Shown: positions 25,640-35,493 of the stretch, piece after piece
How the letters are laid out: each line of letters begins with the position of its first letter
How positions within the stretch are numbered: the first letter of the stretch is position 1
Origin: Candidatus Levyibacteriota bacterium
GTDB lineage: Bacteria > Patescibacteriota > Microgenomatia > Levybacterales > UBA12049
Reading direction: 5' to 3'
NCBI GenBank assembly: GCA_016199085.1
Contig: JACQHJ010000009.1
Coordinates: forward strand, 41,667-105,666
DNA: 64,000 bases
Program-made: the position numbers and the translations under genes
Notes under the pieces: model-generated
The model's database searches: none
What the model saw: the letters and a program-made list of their open reading frames with translations, nothing else
What the model was told of the DNA's origin: nothing

Positions 25640-26533
25640 TCAGAACCTTTTTAATACGCTTTTAGGATTGTCCGGATTGTCAAGATATCGTATATAAAGA
25701 ACTAACTCATCTAATATTCCCCATTTCTGCTTCTTTCTCTTTTCTACAAAACTGTCTCTGTCTATTTCTTCATTTTCTTTTTGTATCTTCGGGTAGATAA
25801 AAGGAACCTTGACTACTTTAACTTTTAAACCTAAACGTAAAGCTTTTACTATTGCAAACATTTGCGAATTTGAAAAATCATCGGGTGAGACATATTTTCC
25901 TACCCCACTAGCATATGGTGTCTTTAATCTTAATTCATATCTTTCTAAAAACAACTTTATTATCTCTGGATCGTTTTTACAAACAGTGGGGCCAAAAAAA
26001 ATGTCCAGCTCCTCTTCTTGGGGTAAAAGCTCAAATTCATGTAAAATATCGTTATATTTTTTGTTTGCGTCCATTTCTGACTCATACATATAATCTGGGT
26101 AGCTGGAAGAAAAAAGATCCCGCTGTCTTTTAGGAACAATTATGTCCGCCTCACCCCTAAGAATTGGTTCAACTAACTGGGGGGTACAATCATCAACTAA
26201 TGAGACTTTTTCTGGTTCTGTTCTTACTATAACTTTGGCTTGGGGAATCTGTGAAGAATATTCAATAAGCTGTCTTCTGGCAGCTGCCCTACTTTTTCCA
26301 CTTCTTTCCAAAACAATTATTCCGCGTTTAGCCAACTCCTCTTTAAATTCGCTAGAGCTTTCTCCATCATTTATTACAACTGCGTAGCCATGTTTTATTG
26401 CCGCATCTATGCTTTGGATGGCTAAATCTCCTCTTACTTTATCAGTATTAGATAAATCCAAAGACTCTCCCTTATACCAATTGGGATATTTTGTTGTAGC
26501 AGCGATAACAATTGATCTTGGGTCAAGCTTCAT
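25640..26533 (-). CDS. Atypical GT-A fold glycosyltransferase-like protein
   Basis: VVINDGESS, A.R, IVRTEPEK at the DxD position, PILRGEADIIVPKR. Start 26533 overlaps the upstream stop (ORF track gives 26587). Confidence 0.6.
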   Translation of the reverse strand: MKLDPRSIVIAATTKYPNWYKGESLDLSNTDKVRGDLAIQSIDAAIKHGYAVVINDGESSSEFKEELAKRGIIVLERSGKSRAAARRQLIEYSSQIPQAKVIVRTEPEKVSLVDDCTPQLVEPILRGEADIIVPKRQRDLFSSSYPDYMYESEMDANKKYNDILHEFELLPQEEELDIFFGPTVCKNDPEIIKLFLERYELRLKTPYASGVGKYVSPDDFSNSQMFAIVKALRLGLKVKVVKVPFIYPKIQKENEEIDRDSFVEKRKKQKWGILDELVLYIRYLDNPDNPKSVLKRF

Positions 26534-26771
26534 TTCTTTTATTGGAGTTACTTTTGGCACTTTTATACTTAGCCAAATTAAAAACAATACTTAGAAAAAT
26601 AAAGGCAACCGCATAATAAACTAGGTGTTGTGCCGTAAAGAAAATCTGAAGATAAAATAAAGGAATTGATAACACCAGTGCTCCTAATCCAAAGATTAAG
26701 CTTAGCTTGCTATTTCTTTTATAAATTAAAAAAGTAAGTACTAATAAAAACAAAACGTCCTGTATCTTCAC
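26523..26771 (-). CDS. Small multi-pass membrane protein
   Basis: 82 aa, about 3 hydrophobic segments, translationally coupled to both neighbours. Confidence 0.65.
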   Translation of the reverse strand: MKIQDVLFLLVLTFLIYKRNSKLSLIFGLGALVLSIPLFYLQIFFTAQHLVYYAVAFIFLSIVFNLAKYKSAKSNSNKRNEA

Positions 26772-27703
26772 TCTGATTTATATTTTATTATTTCATCTAG
26801 TGTTTTAGAAGTCTTGTTTCTCTCCGAAATACTAATTATTAAATCGGCGGTAAAACCAGCAAAAAGAACTTGAAAACCGGCTAGCATCAAAAGCATGCCA
26901 AAGATTAAAAGTGGTCTTGATCCGATAGATTCCCCCATGAAATGAATAATTGTTAAATATAAAAGAATGAAAAAGCCGATTATACTTATCAAACCCCCAA
27001 CCAAACCAAAGAAATGAAGAGGTCTTTTGGCATATTTTGTCAAAAAAAGTATTGTAAACATGTCCGGGACGTCTTTAAATACCTTTGAGAAACCATACTT
27101 TGATTTTCCAAACAATCTTTTCTCATGGACAATCGGGATTTCTGTTACTTCAAATCCCTTTTCAGAGACCAAAAGAGGAATAAACCTGTGCATTCCCCCG
27201 TATAAATTAAGATCTTTTATGGCATCTTTTTTATAGAGTTTTAATCCGCAGTTATAATCATGCAGATGAACTCCCCAAAAGGCTGACATTAGAAAATTAA
27301 ATATCTTTGAAGGAAGTTTCATATAGATTGCATCTTTTCTGTTTTTCCTCCAGCCAGAAACCAGATCAAAGCCTTCTTTTGATTTATTTAGTAAATTTTG
27401 TATTTCTTCCGGTCTATCTTGTAAATCAGCATCCAGAGTCACTACATAGTCACCGTTTGCTGCCTTGAATCCATAGGTTAAAGCTTCTGCCTTTCCCTGG
27501 TTTCTTCTAAAAGAATAAATTTTAATAGTATTGTCTTTTGCAGCTAGTTTTTTGATGATTTCCAAGGAAGAATCAGTAGAACCATCATCTACAAAGATTA
27601 TTTCATGGTTTTTGTCAATTTTGGAAAGAGCTTCTTTAAGCCGAGGATAAAATTTATCTAAACTCTCCTCTTCGTTATATACGGGTATTAAAGCGGTAAT
27701 CAT
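26768..27703 (-). CDS. GT2 polyprenol-phosphate glycosyltransferase (ArnC/GtrB-like)
   Basis: IPVYNEE, VDDGSTD, RNQGKA, LDADLQD, two C-terminal TMs. Confidence 0.9.
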   Translation of the reverse strand: MITALIPVYNEEESLDKFYPRLKEALSKIDKNHEIIFVDDGSTDSSLEIIKKLAAKDNTIKIYSFRRNQGKAEALTYGFKAANGDYVVTLDADLQDRPEEIQNLLNKSKEGFDLVSGWRKNRKDAIYMKLPSKIFNFLMSAFWGVHLHDYNCGLKLYKKDAIKDLNLYGGMHRFIPLLVSEKGFEVTEIPIVHEKRLFGKSKYGFSKVFKDVPDMFTILFLTKYAKRPLHFFGLVGGLISIIGFFILLYLTIIHFMGESIGSRPLLIFGMLLMLAGFQVLFAGFTADLIISISERNKTSKTLDEIIKYKSE

Positions 27704-27715
27704 GATAACATTCTA

Positions 27716-29731
27716 TCATTTTTTAACCCTTGATCCAATCAATAAGTATAAAAGTATTAGGATTAATGTTATTGATCCCAACATTACCCCAACCATTACA
27801 TAGATTTGAGGACCATAATACAAATCAATAGTATAATTACCTTCTTTCTGCAGAATAAAACTATTAAAGACTTTATCGTAAGGCTCTGAAGGCAGAATAG
27901 TCTTTGAATTGCCAGGTTCTTTAAGTATCCAATTCTTATCGTATTTTTCAGAAAAAACAAGTCTGTCATTGATTTTTACATTTTCCAAGTAAAGTTTGTA
28001 GCTAACAGGGCTTATTCTTTCATATTTGACTAAAGACTTCCCTGAGGTCGTCCAGAAATGATCTTTATAGTTTTCTATTTCAAAGACATAAATCTTCCCA
28101 ATCTGTTTTACGTTTTTTAGCCAAGAGACAGACTTTAGCTGCTTAAGCGTAAATAGATAAAGATCATTGTTATATTTCCTGTCTTTTAAAAATATTTCTC
28201 CCTGGCTATCGTATGGAATGATTACATATTTTACAGACGAGTTGATTAAGATTCTCTGCGTTTCCTCTTGCTTAAATTTTTCAACTAATAATTTATTATC
28301 AACCTCTTTTAAGAATTCTCTTGCGGGTAGCGCTGGGTGTAAATTACTGAAGGGGGCAAATCTTTGTGCCATGGGAAACCATAATACTCTATAAAAGTTT
28401 TCGTCTAAAGAAAGATATTTTTCAAGCTGCGTGTAGTCACTGGGAATAGTTGTTGATTTAAAAGCTCCAGACAACTTACCAAATATTGCTGGGTCTATCA
28501 AAAACAATAAATAAACTAAAACTGCCAGTAAAAATATATTTTTGGATGAGAAATTAAATAATGAGGGTCTTTTAAACTTACTCAAATACTCATATATCTT
28601 TCCGATTGAAAAAGGAATTAAGATGCTATATGAAATTGCGATCAAAAGATACCACTTTGTTGGATCCCTAAACATAATAAAGCCGGGAATATGATCAAAT
28701 AGCCAAATATATATAAAACCAAAAGGATCGTTAGCTCCCTTTGCCAAAAATGCTCCTAAAAGTCCTAAAATCGCAAAAAACAATATATTTTTTTTAATTC
28801 TTTCCTCTTCGTTCTTAATAAAAAATAAACTCGAGTAAGCAAGGATTGGAACAATCAAAAACTCAGGTCTCATAAACGAAACTTTACCAAAAAGGTTCTC
28901 AGGCCAATTTGGATGAAGAAGGGAAATGGTGTTTTCAAACGTTGCAAAACTAAAAAATTTCACAGCACCAAAAGATGTATATATTTGTCCTAAGTCGTAT
29001 AAAGGATTTACGCGTAGGATTAGAGTTGGAATTATCCAGTATGAATTTAGAAGAAAAGCTATAAAAAAAGGAATACCTAGGGAGTAAACTATTCTAAATA
29101 GGAATTTTTTAGAAAAATCAATATTAAATAGAAGATAAAACAGAAAAACAAAAACAGTAACATAGGCAATCCTTAGATCAAGCATCACCTGTAACGATAA
29201 AACCAGTCCTATCAAAAAAGAGAATAATAATTTTTTCTGATTAAACGAAACTAAAAACAAATAAAATACTAAAGGAGCGATTGCATAGGCAAGAGAGATA
29301 AAGATTTGGCCTCCGCCAATAAGCATCAATACATAAGTATTTAAAGAGAATATTAGGGTTGAGATAAAAGCAAATTTTGATGAAGGAAAAAACTTTTTAA
29401 AAAATAAAATTGGTATAACTATTAAAGCTAATAAAAGCGGGTAAAAATAAAATACTCTCTCAGCAAGCAACCAGTTTAATGAGAAAAATCTTGCAAACAA
29501 TAAGGGAATAGCCTCAATGAAATGAAGCCAGGAAAAAGGCGATACAAAAGCTCCCAAACCTCCTACCGCAAGATTCCATCCCCATGCATAAGGCATTAAT
29601 GAAATGTCTTGTAATCTAGACGTTGATATAAAAGAAAAGTCACCTGAAGAGATTACATGGGGGTAAAACCAATTCTTAAAAACTACAATAAAGAGTAATA
29701 AAATAAAATAAAAGTTTTTTTTAAAAAACAT
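27716..29731 (-). CDS. Large multi-pass membrane protein, GT-C-like (AftD/YfhO-like)
   Basis: SSGD loop, NSYWIIP, IPGFIMFRDPTKW, RVLWFP, extracellular domain, FSEKYDKNW, C-terminal TM. Confidence 0.6.
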   Translation of the reverse strand: MFFKKNFYFILLLFIVVFKNWFYPHVISSGDFSFISTSRLQDISLMPYAWGWNLAVGGLGAFVSPFSWLHFIEAIPLLFARFFSLNWLLAERVFYFYPLLLALIVIPILFFKKFFPSSKFAFISTLIFSLNTYVLMLIGGGQIFISLAYAIAPLVFYLFLVSFNQKKLLFSFLIGLVLSLQVMLDLRIAYVTVFVFLFYLLFNIDFSKKFLFRIVYSLGIPFFIAFLLNSYWIIPTLILRVNPLYDLGQIYTSFGAVKFFSFATFENTISLLHPNWPENLFGKVSFMRPEFLIVPILAYSSLFFIKNEEERIKKNILFFAILGLLGAFLAKGANDPFGFIYIWLFDHIPGFIMFRDPTKWYLLIAISYSILIPFSIGKIYEYLSKFKRPSLFNFSSKNIFLLAVLVYLLFLIDPAIFGKLSGAFKSTTIPSDYTQLEKYLSLDENFYRVLWFPMAQRFAPFSNLHPALPAREFLKEVDNKLLVEKFKQEETQRILINSSVKYVIIPYDSQGEIFLKDRKYNNDLYLFTLKQLKSVSWLKNVKQIGKIYVFEIENYKDHFWTTSGKSLVKYERISPVSYKLYLENVKINDRLVFSEKYDKNWILKEPGNSKTILPSEPYDKVFNSFILQKEGNYTIDLYYGPQIYVMVGVMLGSITLILILLYLLIGSRVKK

Positions 29732-30080
29732 CTTTAAAATACCTTTCTTTTATTATCAAATAAAAATACTTAAGAATAGAAAGAACTATAAACCCATAAA
29801 CGAATGAGAAATAATGATTTGCTTCAGTTGTTAATCCAAAAATATAAACAATAAGACTTATTGAAAAGAAAATCATAGCAATAGTCTCAAATGATATTTT
29901 TAAAAAAATAAGAAGAATACAAAAGCCGTAAATAACAAAATAATTAAGACCGAGGATTTGCCTCAAAATAAAATAATACAGAATAAAAAAAGGCCAATAT
30001 AGAAAAAACTTTTGGGAATTATAGCTATGAAAACTTCCTTTACTCTTATGCCATATTTTTTTTAAATGACGGTTGTCCAT
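29721..30080 (-). CDS. Small membrane protein
   Basis: 119 aa, strongly hydrophobic, coupled to flanking genes. Confidence 0.6.
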   Translation of the reverse strand: MDNRHLKKIWHKSKGSFHSYNSQKFFLYWPFFILYYFILRQILGLNYFVIYGFCILLIFLKISFETIAMIFFSISLIVYIFGLTTEANHYFSFVYGFIVLSILKYFYLIIKERYFKDVF

Positions 30081-30084
30081 ATGT

Positions 30085-33000
30085 CTACCTATTCCTATAT
30101 CTTAAGAAAAAGAATAAAGCGATTGCAAATAAAATTATTGTAACAAATAAATTTTTAACTATTAGACTTTGTCGACTAAATACTACATTTATCTCCGTGC
30201 TTTCATGCTTATCAATAAACCAGGCATTGGCATATCCGTTTTTAAAATGCGGGAAGACTATTTTTTTACCATTAATATATTCAAACGCCTCCCAATCAGA
30301 TCCGTAGGACTGATTAAAGACCAAGAATTTTCCCAAATTACTTCCCTTAGGAACTGTTATTTTGTATTTTACTGGACTTTCCTTGACTACATTTATATTA
30401 GCCGTTGAAATAATGTTGGAGGATTCTGTTGTGCAGAAAAGCTGAATATCCCCACCCTCTACAATTCTTTCAACAAAAAGATCTTTATATTCTAACTCAT
30501 CCTCCTGGTCTGATTGGGGATTTAAAGAGAAAAGGTAGAGATAATATTTTTTCTTATCTAAGGACGATATCGAAAAATCTTTTTCATAGCTTTTATCGCT
30601 GATAAAAGATCCCGTATCAATGAAAATAAAATCATTCTGAGGTATATCAGACGAGCCAATAAATTCCAGGGTTTTAAAATCAAGTTTATTTTTTGTGACC
30701 GCTACCGCGATTTTTTGTTTAGAAACTAAACCTGGGGAGAATGTAATTTTATAAAGACCATTAGGTATGTTTCCTAAGTCAATTTCTTTAACTTCCCCGG
30801 ATTTCTGTCTTAATGAAGGGATATTAAGAATACTATTTGTAGAATACTCTACAGAAACAGGATAATTTCCCTTAGATAGTAACGCTGAAATCGTAGAATT
30901 ATTATCTTTTTTAAGATTACCTAATGTAATACTTTCAATTTTTAAGCCATTATTATAATTGTCAGCTGTGCAAAGATATTGATCCTTTTTGGGAATATCA
31001 AGTCTCATTCTGTAAATTTTATTTTTATAATCTGTTTCCCAAATTGTTTTGTCTAGCTCCGATAGCTTGGAGTTCTGTAAAGAGAGTAATAAAGAAAGCT
31101 GGCCCCGAATTTGATCGTTTCTAATAACTGTACCAAAATTTAAATAATCCGAAAGCTTTTGATTTTGTGCTCCAAGAAAATTTTTTATCTCCGTACTTTT
31201 ATTGCTTAGGTCAAAAAAGTTAGCCTTATATTTCTTAAAAAGTGAATCTATGTTTTCCATTTTTTTGATGTATGAAGAGATATAATTTTTAGATTTTAGC
31301 GCATCTTTTTCTTCTAAGGCTTCCATCATTTTGGAAAATTCTTTAGTTGAATCAATGATTGCATAGCTTATTTTTTGATCTAAGGAAAGATCGTCTGTCA
31401 AGTTTTTCCCAATTAACTGCTTTACTAAATCCTTAAGTTTTCTTAGTAAGGATTCATCGGGAGGTTTTATGACAGATGAGAAAATTTTTACGCAACCGAC
31501 ACAATTTGCAACCGGGGCATATAGGTTTACAAATGAGCTATATTTCTTAAAATCCTCATTTCTATTTATAACTAGATAATCTTCTTTATCACCTAATTGC
31601 TTTGACAGCGATACGTAATCACGGCCTGAGTTTAAGGATGAATTCGTATAAACGACTGATGTCGGAATGGAGAATCCGTAATTGTAATTATTATCTTGGC
31701 TTTCAACTGAGTAGAGCTCAAAAAAATCATTCTCAAATGTTTTTTTGAAGTCATGATCTTTGTTTAAGAACCCTATTGCCATCTGTGGGGTCGCATTGCT
31801 TAAATATATATAGTTTGTGTAATAATAAGGAATATTATCTTTTCTTATGAGAACAAGGCCTATTTGATTTTGCAAAAGAAAATTTTTAAATCCCCCGAAA
31901 TCTCCCTTTTCAAGCAACATATATGGAGAAAAATTGAAGGAATCTGGACCATTATTAAGAAGCTGGGTGGAAAGAAAATTGCAAGAGACAAAACGGGTCA
32001 AAATGTCCTGTCCGACATATGACATGTCGTATTTTGGCCAAACTGCGCTGGAAATCATTGAACTTCGAGGAACTACCAATATTGTAGTGCCTGCACATTT
32101 ATCGGACAGGTATGACTTCAACTCATAATACTCGGGAGGAATGTTTGTTTTTGCACTTAGAGTATATTTTTTATCCTGATAGGTAAAATCAATTTTTTTA
32201 ATATTATCGTAGGCGAATAGAAAAAAAGGGCCAGTTACAACGAGACCTGTCACTAAAAGAACAAAGAATGAAATCCTTAAGAGAAGACGTTGTTTTTTTT
32301 CAATTAAGACTTTTGCAAGACATGCAAAGCCAATAGATGATAGGGTGAGGAAAGCAAAAACATAAAACAATCCCGCCTTATGCCATGCATCCCTAAAAGC
32401 TCCAAAAAAAGGTAGGTTTTCAAATGCAAATTTAGTAATCTGCGCAAGAGGAGGATTGCCCAATTTTACAATAAAAAGAGTGACAATAAAAACGCTCAAA
32501 AGAAACATTGGTATAAACTTATTCGCAAGAGTTTTTATCCTCGTTGTTAAATAAATAATTAGAAACAAGAATAGAAAAAGCGGGAAAGGAAATAAAAGAC
32601 TCTTTGTATAGAGAAAGTCCCAACTAAAAGGATTATTGTTCATCATAGGACTTCCAAAAAGACGTAGCGAGTTCAATAAGTTACTCCGAATGCTTCCAAC
32701 ATCAAAATAAACAGTTGTTCCCAAAGAACTTTGACTATCATAAAGATCCTTAAATCCAAGAAGAGAGGGGAAAAACCACCACCATTGGGAAAAAACAACC
32801 ATAAGTAAAAATAAAACAATCTTTAGCGAACGGGAACTAAAAATACTATGTCTTGACAGAAACCAGTGAAAAAAAAGATAAAAAAATAGTAAAAGCAGAT
32901 ATTGCTCAAGAAAAACGTAAGTGGTAAATCCTGGAGACATAAAGAAAAGCGTAGCAAAGAATGTAAATAACCACCTTTTTGGAATATTTTGCGATTCATC

Positions 33001-33540
33001 TTTCTTATCTAAAGGGTACAACTTGAATAATGCTAAAATATTCAAAGGCAGAAGGCTGTAAATATATATTTGGGGATTAAACATAAAGTAAGAATAGTAA
33101 AATGTATAAAGATTAAAGGCATAAAAAATTGCAAAAAGAAAACTTATAATCTTATAAACAGTAGCGTGTTTTTCTATATCCTGGCCTACTACGGTTACCA
33201 ACAAATACTTAGACATCAGATAAAAATTGACTATTGATAAAAAAATAAATGAAAAATAAAGAAGTGCTTGTGTCAATGAGAGACTCCCAAATAGTTTTAA
33301 AAGAATCCCAACAGACAATGAGTATGGAAACCAACTCCATCCATTACCAGAATAACCGGGAAAATTAATAGGATTCCAATTATAAAAAAAGGTTTCAACT
33401 GCAAATTTTATATCAAGAGGTAATAATGTATCCCAATAATAGAGGATTGTTCCATGATTAAACCAACTATATATACTAGTAACTGAGAGTACAAGGGCAA
33501 TAAGAATTACAATAAATCTTTCCGTTCTACTAAACTTCAT
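30085..33540 (-). CDS. Very large multi-pass membrane protein, GT-C-like (AftD/DUF3367-like), paralogous in architecture to 27716-29731
   Basis: YYWDT loop, QWWWFFP, LPFFGAFRDAWHK, about 650-aa extracellular region, FNQSYGSDW...NGYANAW, C-terminal TM. Confidence 0.6.
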   Translation of the reverse strand: MKFSRTERFIVILIALVLSVTSIYSWFNHGTILYYWDTLLPLDIKFAVETFFYNWNPINFPGYSGNGWSWFPYSLSVGILLKLFGSLSLTQALLYFSFIFLSIVNFYLMSKYLLVTVVGQDIEKHATVYKIISFLFAIFYAFNLYTFYYSYFMFNPQIYIYSLLPLNILALFKLYPLDKKDESQNIPKRWLFTFFATLFFMSPGFTTYVFLEQYLLLLFFYLFFHWFLSRHSIFSSRSLKIVLFLLMVVFSQWWWFFPSLLGFKDLYDSQSSLGTTVYFDVGSIRSNLLNSLRLFGSPMMNNNPFSWDFLYTKSLLFPFPLFLFLFLIIYLTTRIKTLANKFIPMFLLSVFIVTLFIVKLGNPPLAQITKFAFENLPFFGAFRDAWHKAGLFYVFAFLTLSSIGFACLAKVLIEKKQRLLLRISFFVLLVTGLVVTGPFFLFAYDNIKKIDFTYQDKKYTLSAKTNIPPEYYELKSYLSDKCAGTTILVVPRSSMISSAVWPKYDMSYVGQDILTRFVSCNFLSTQLLNNGPDSFNFSPYMLLEKGDFGGFKNFLLQNQIGLVLIRKDNIPYYYTNYIYLSNATPQMAIGFLNKDHDFKKTFENDFFELYSVESQDNNYNYGFSIPTSVVYTNSSLNSGRDYVSLSKQLGDKEDYLVINRNEDFKKYSSFVNLYAPVANCVGCVKIFSSVIKPPDESLLRKLKDLVKQLIGKNLTDDLSLDQKISYAIIDSTKEFSKMMEALEEKDALKSKNYISSYIKKMENIDSLFKKYKANFFDLSNKSTEIKNFLGAQNQKLSDYLNFGTVIRNDQIRGQLSLLLSLQNSKLSELDKTIWETDYKNKIYRMRLDIPKKDQYLCTADNYNNGLKIESITLGNLKKDNNSTISALLSKGNYPVSVEYSTNSILNIPSLRQKSGEVKEIDLGNIPNGLYKITFSPGLVSKQKIAVAVTKNKLDFKTLEFIGSSDIPQNDFIFIDTGSFISDKSYEKDFSISSLDKKKYYLYLFSLNPQSDQEDELEYKDLFVERIVEGGDIQLFCTTESSNIISTANINVVKESPVKYKITVPKGSNLGKFLVFNQSYGSDWEAFEYINGKKIVFPHFKNGYANAWFIDKHESTEINVVFSRQSLIVKNLFVTIILFAIALFFFLRYRNR

Positions 33541-34586
33541 TAAGCATTAAGTAAGCTATTAAGATAAGAAATTCTTTTGTGCATCTTAGCATAATTGGGA
33601 ATATTTGTATTTGCGATCATTCTAAAGAATATATGTTTTCTTATAAAAGCAAGTATTAATTTTGGCGCAAGCAATGAAAAGAAAAACCAAAACCAGTATT
33701 CAAATGAAAATCTTAATTTTGGCGAAATCTCTAGGACTCTTTTAGAAAAAATTTTAAGATTAGAATTATTTGTATAATATTTTGCTGCAGGAAATTCTCT
33801 TATAATTATTTTTAGCCTCTTATTTAAAAACTGTTCATATTCATTTCCTCCTAGTAGTCGGCTGACTTCTGTAAAATATTTTTCAAATCTAAACTGTCCA
33901 TTACTTAGTTGATATCTTGGATGAGAAGCGTTTTGCGACCAGGATGCTGCAAGGAATTGTTGTTGAACAAAATATCCCCCAAACTGATAGATGTTATAAA
34001 AAATAATCTTAAACCAGGCTACGAATTCCGAATTCATTAGGTCAATTTTTTTAGGATAGTTATTTTTAAATACTATTCCCGTAATAAAGAAAGGGTCAAT
34101 TTTTTCAATAAAGTCTACAATAATCTTTTTATTTTCTTTGGGTTTGATTTTAAAATCTCTTTGAATATCCTTATGAAAATCAAATATTAAATCTTTCTCT
34201 TGTAAAACACTTAAATAGTTCATCCTGACGAAGCCATAACTCTCTTTTTTGATAAGAGCGTAAAGACGGCTTAACGTTTGGGGAAAAATAATGAAGTCAT
34301 CATCACCATGTAGCAATATATAGGTACCGCTTGCCGCATTGATAGCTTTTCGCAAATTCGGAATCCACCCAATGTTTTTTACATTCTTTGAGTATTTAAT
34401 TCTTGGATCTTTAAATTTCCTTACAATATCCTCTGTCCCGTCATTAGAATTATTGTCAGAAATTATTATCTCAAAATCAGAAAAATCCTGCATTAATATA
34501 CATTGAATAGCAAGTTTTAAATTATTTGCTCTTTTGTATGTAGGAATTAATATAGAAAAAAAAGGATTTTTAATCATTTTTAACAT
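33540..34586 (-). CDS. GT2 glycosyltransferase
   Basis: SILIPTYKR, ISDNNSND, NIG, HGDDD. Confidence 0.9.
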   Translation of the reverse strand: MLKMIKNPFFSILIPTYKRANNLKLAIQCILMQDFSDFEIIISDNNSNDGTEDIVRKFKDPRIKYSKNVKNIGWIPNLRKAINAASGTYILLHGDDDFIIFPQTLSRLYALIKKESYGFVRMNYLSVLQEKDLIFDFHKDIQRDFKIKPKENKKIIVDFIEKIDPFFITGIVFKNNYPKKIDLMNSEFVAWFKIIFYNIYQFGGYFVQQQFLAASWSQNASHPRYQLSNGQFRFEKYFTEVSRLLGGNEYEQFLNKRLKIIIREFPAAKYYTNNSNLKIFSKRVLEISPKLRFSFEYWFWFFFSLLAPKLILAFIRKHIFFRMIANTNIPNYAKMHKRISYLNSLLNA

Positions 34587-35493
34587 AACGAAGGATAGTG
34601 TTTACAACTGAATCAATGGAAAGATTGTTTGCCTCTCTCATAAATTCCTGATTCCCTATAACTTTGGTAAACCTATCCTGTACGCCTAATCTTTTAAATT
34701 TAATACTGAAACTATTTTCTGCTAATACTTCAGATACTGCACTTCCCAATCCGCCGATTATTGAATGTTCTTCTAATGAAAATATAGCTCTTGTTTTTTT
34801 TGCACTATCTATAACAATATTGGAATCAAATGGCTTTATCGTATGCATACTCACTACTCGAACGCTGAATCCTTTTTTAGCAAGTATTTTTGAAACCTCG
34901 AAAGCTCTATATAACATAGTGCTCGTAGCAATTATTGTTAAATCTTTACCATCCGTAATTATTGCTCCTTTTCCCACCTCAAGCTTTGACTTTGTATTAT
35001 GAATAACTGGCTCCCCTGCTTTTCCTAGTCGTATATAAACTGGGCCTTTTATTTTTAGCGCTTGCCTTGTTACAAATTCTACCTCTTTCGGATCACCCGG
35101 GCAAAAAATTGTTAGATTAGCAAGAGTTCTTAAAACTCCTATATCTTCCAATCCGTGGTGCGTATGGCCGTAAGGTCCGTAAGAAAATCCTGCTCCTACC
35201 CCAACGATTTTGACATTTAAATTCTGGTAGCAAATATCATTTCTTATTTGCTCAAAATTTCGCATTGTTACAAAAGGGACAATTGAGTAAATAAAAGGAG
35301 TTTTTCCTTCCGTGGCAAGACCAGCTGCCAAACCTGTCATATTCTGCTCGGCAACTCCAGCATTAAGATATTGTCTGGGAAATTTCTCAATATATTTTTC
35401 AAATACAGAAAATCCTAAATCCCCCGTAATAAGCATTATGTCTTTATTATTTTGTGCTAGTTGATAAAGGGTATTTAAGAATGTTGTTCTCAC
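34570..35493 (-). CDS. Transketolase-like, C-terminal subunit (pyrimidine-binding and C domains)
   Basis: GVAEQNM, EQIRND, GHTHH..ED, GPVYIRLG, TIKPFD, EEHSIIGGLGS. Confidence 0.92.
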   Translation of the reverse strand: MRTTFLNTLYQLAQNNKDIMLITGDLGFSVFEKYIEKFPRQYLNAGVAEQNMTGLAAGLATEGKTPFIYSIVPFVTMRNFEQIRNDICYQNLNVKIVGVGAGFSYGPYGHTHHGLEDIGVLRTLANLTIFCPGDPKEVEFVTRQALKIKGPVYIRLGKAGEPVIHNTKSKLEVGKGAIITDGKDLTIIATSTMLYRAFEVSKILAKKGFSVRVVSMHTIKPFDSNIVIDSAKKTRAIFSLEEHSIIGGLGSAVSEVLAENSFSIKFKRLGVQDRFTKVIGNQEFMREANNLSIDSVVNTILRYVKND

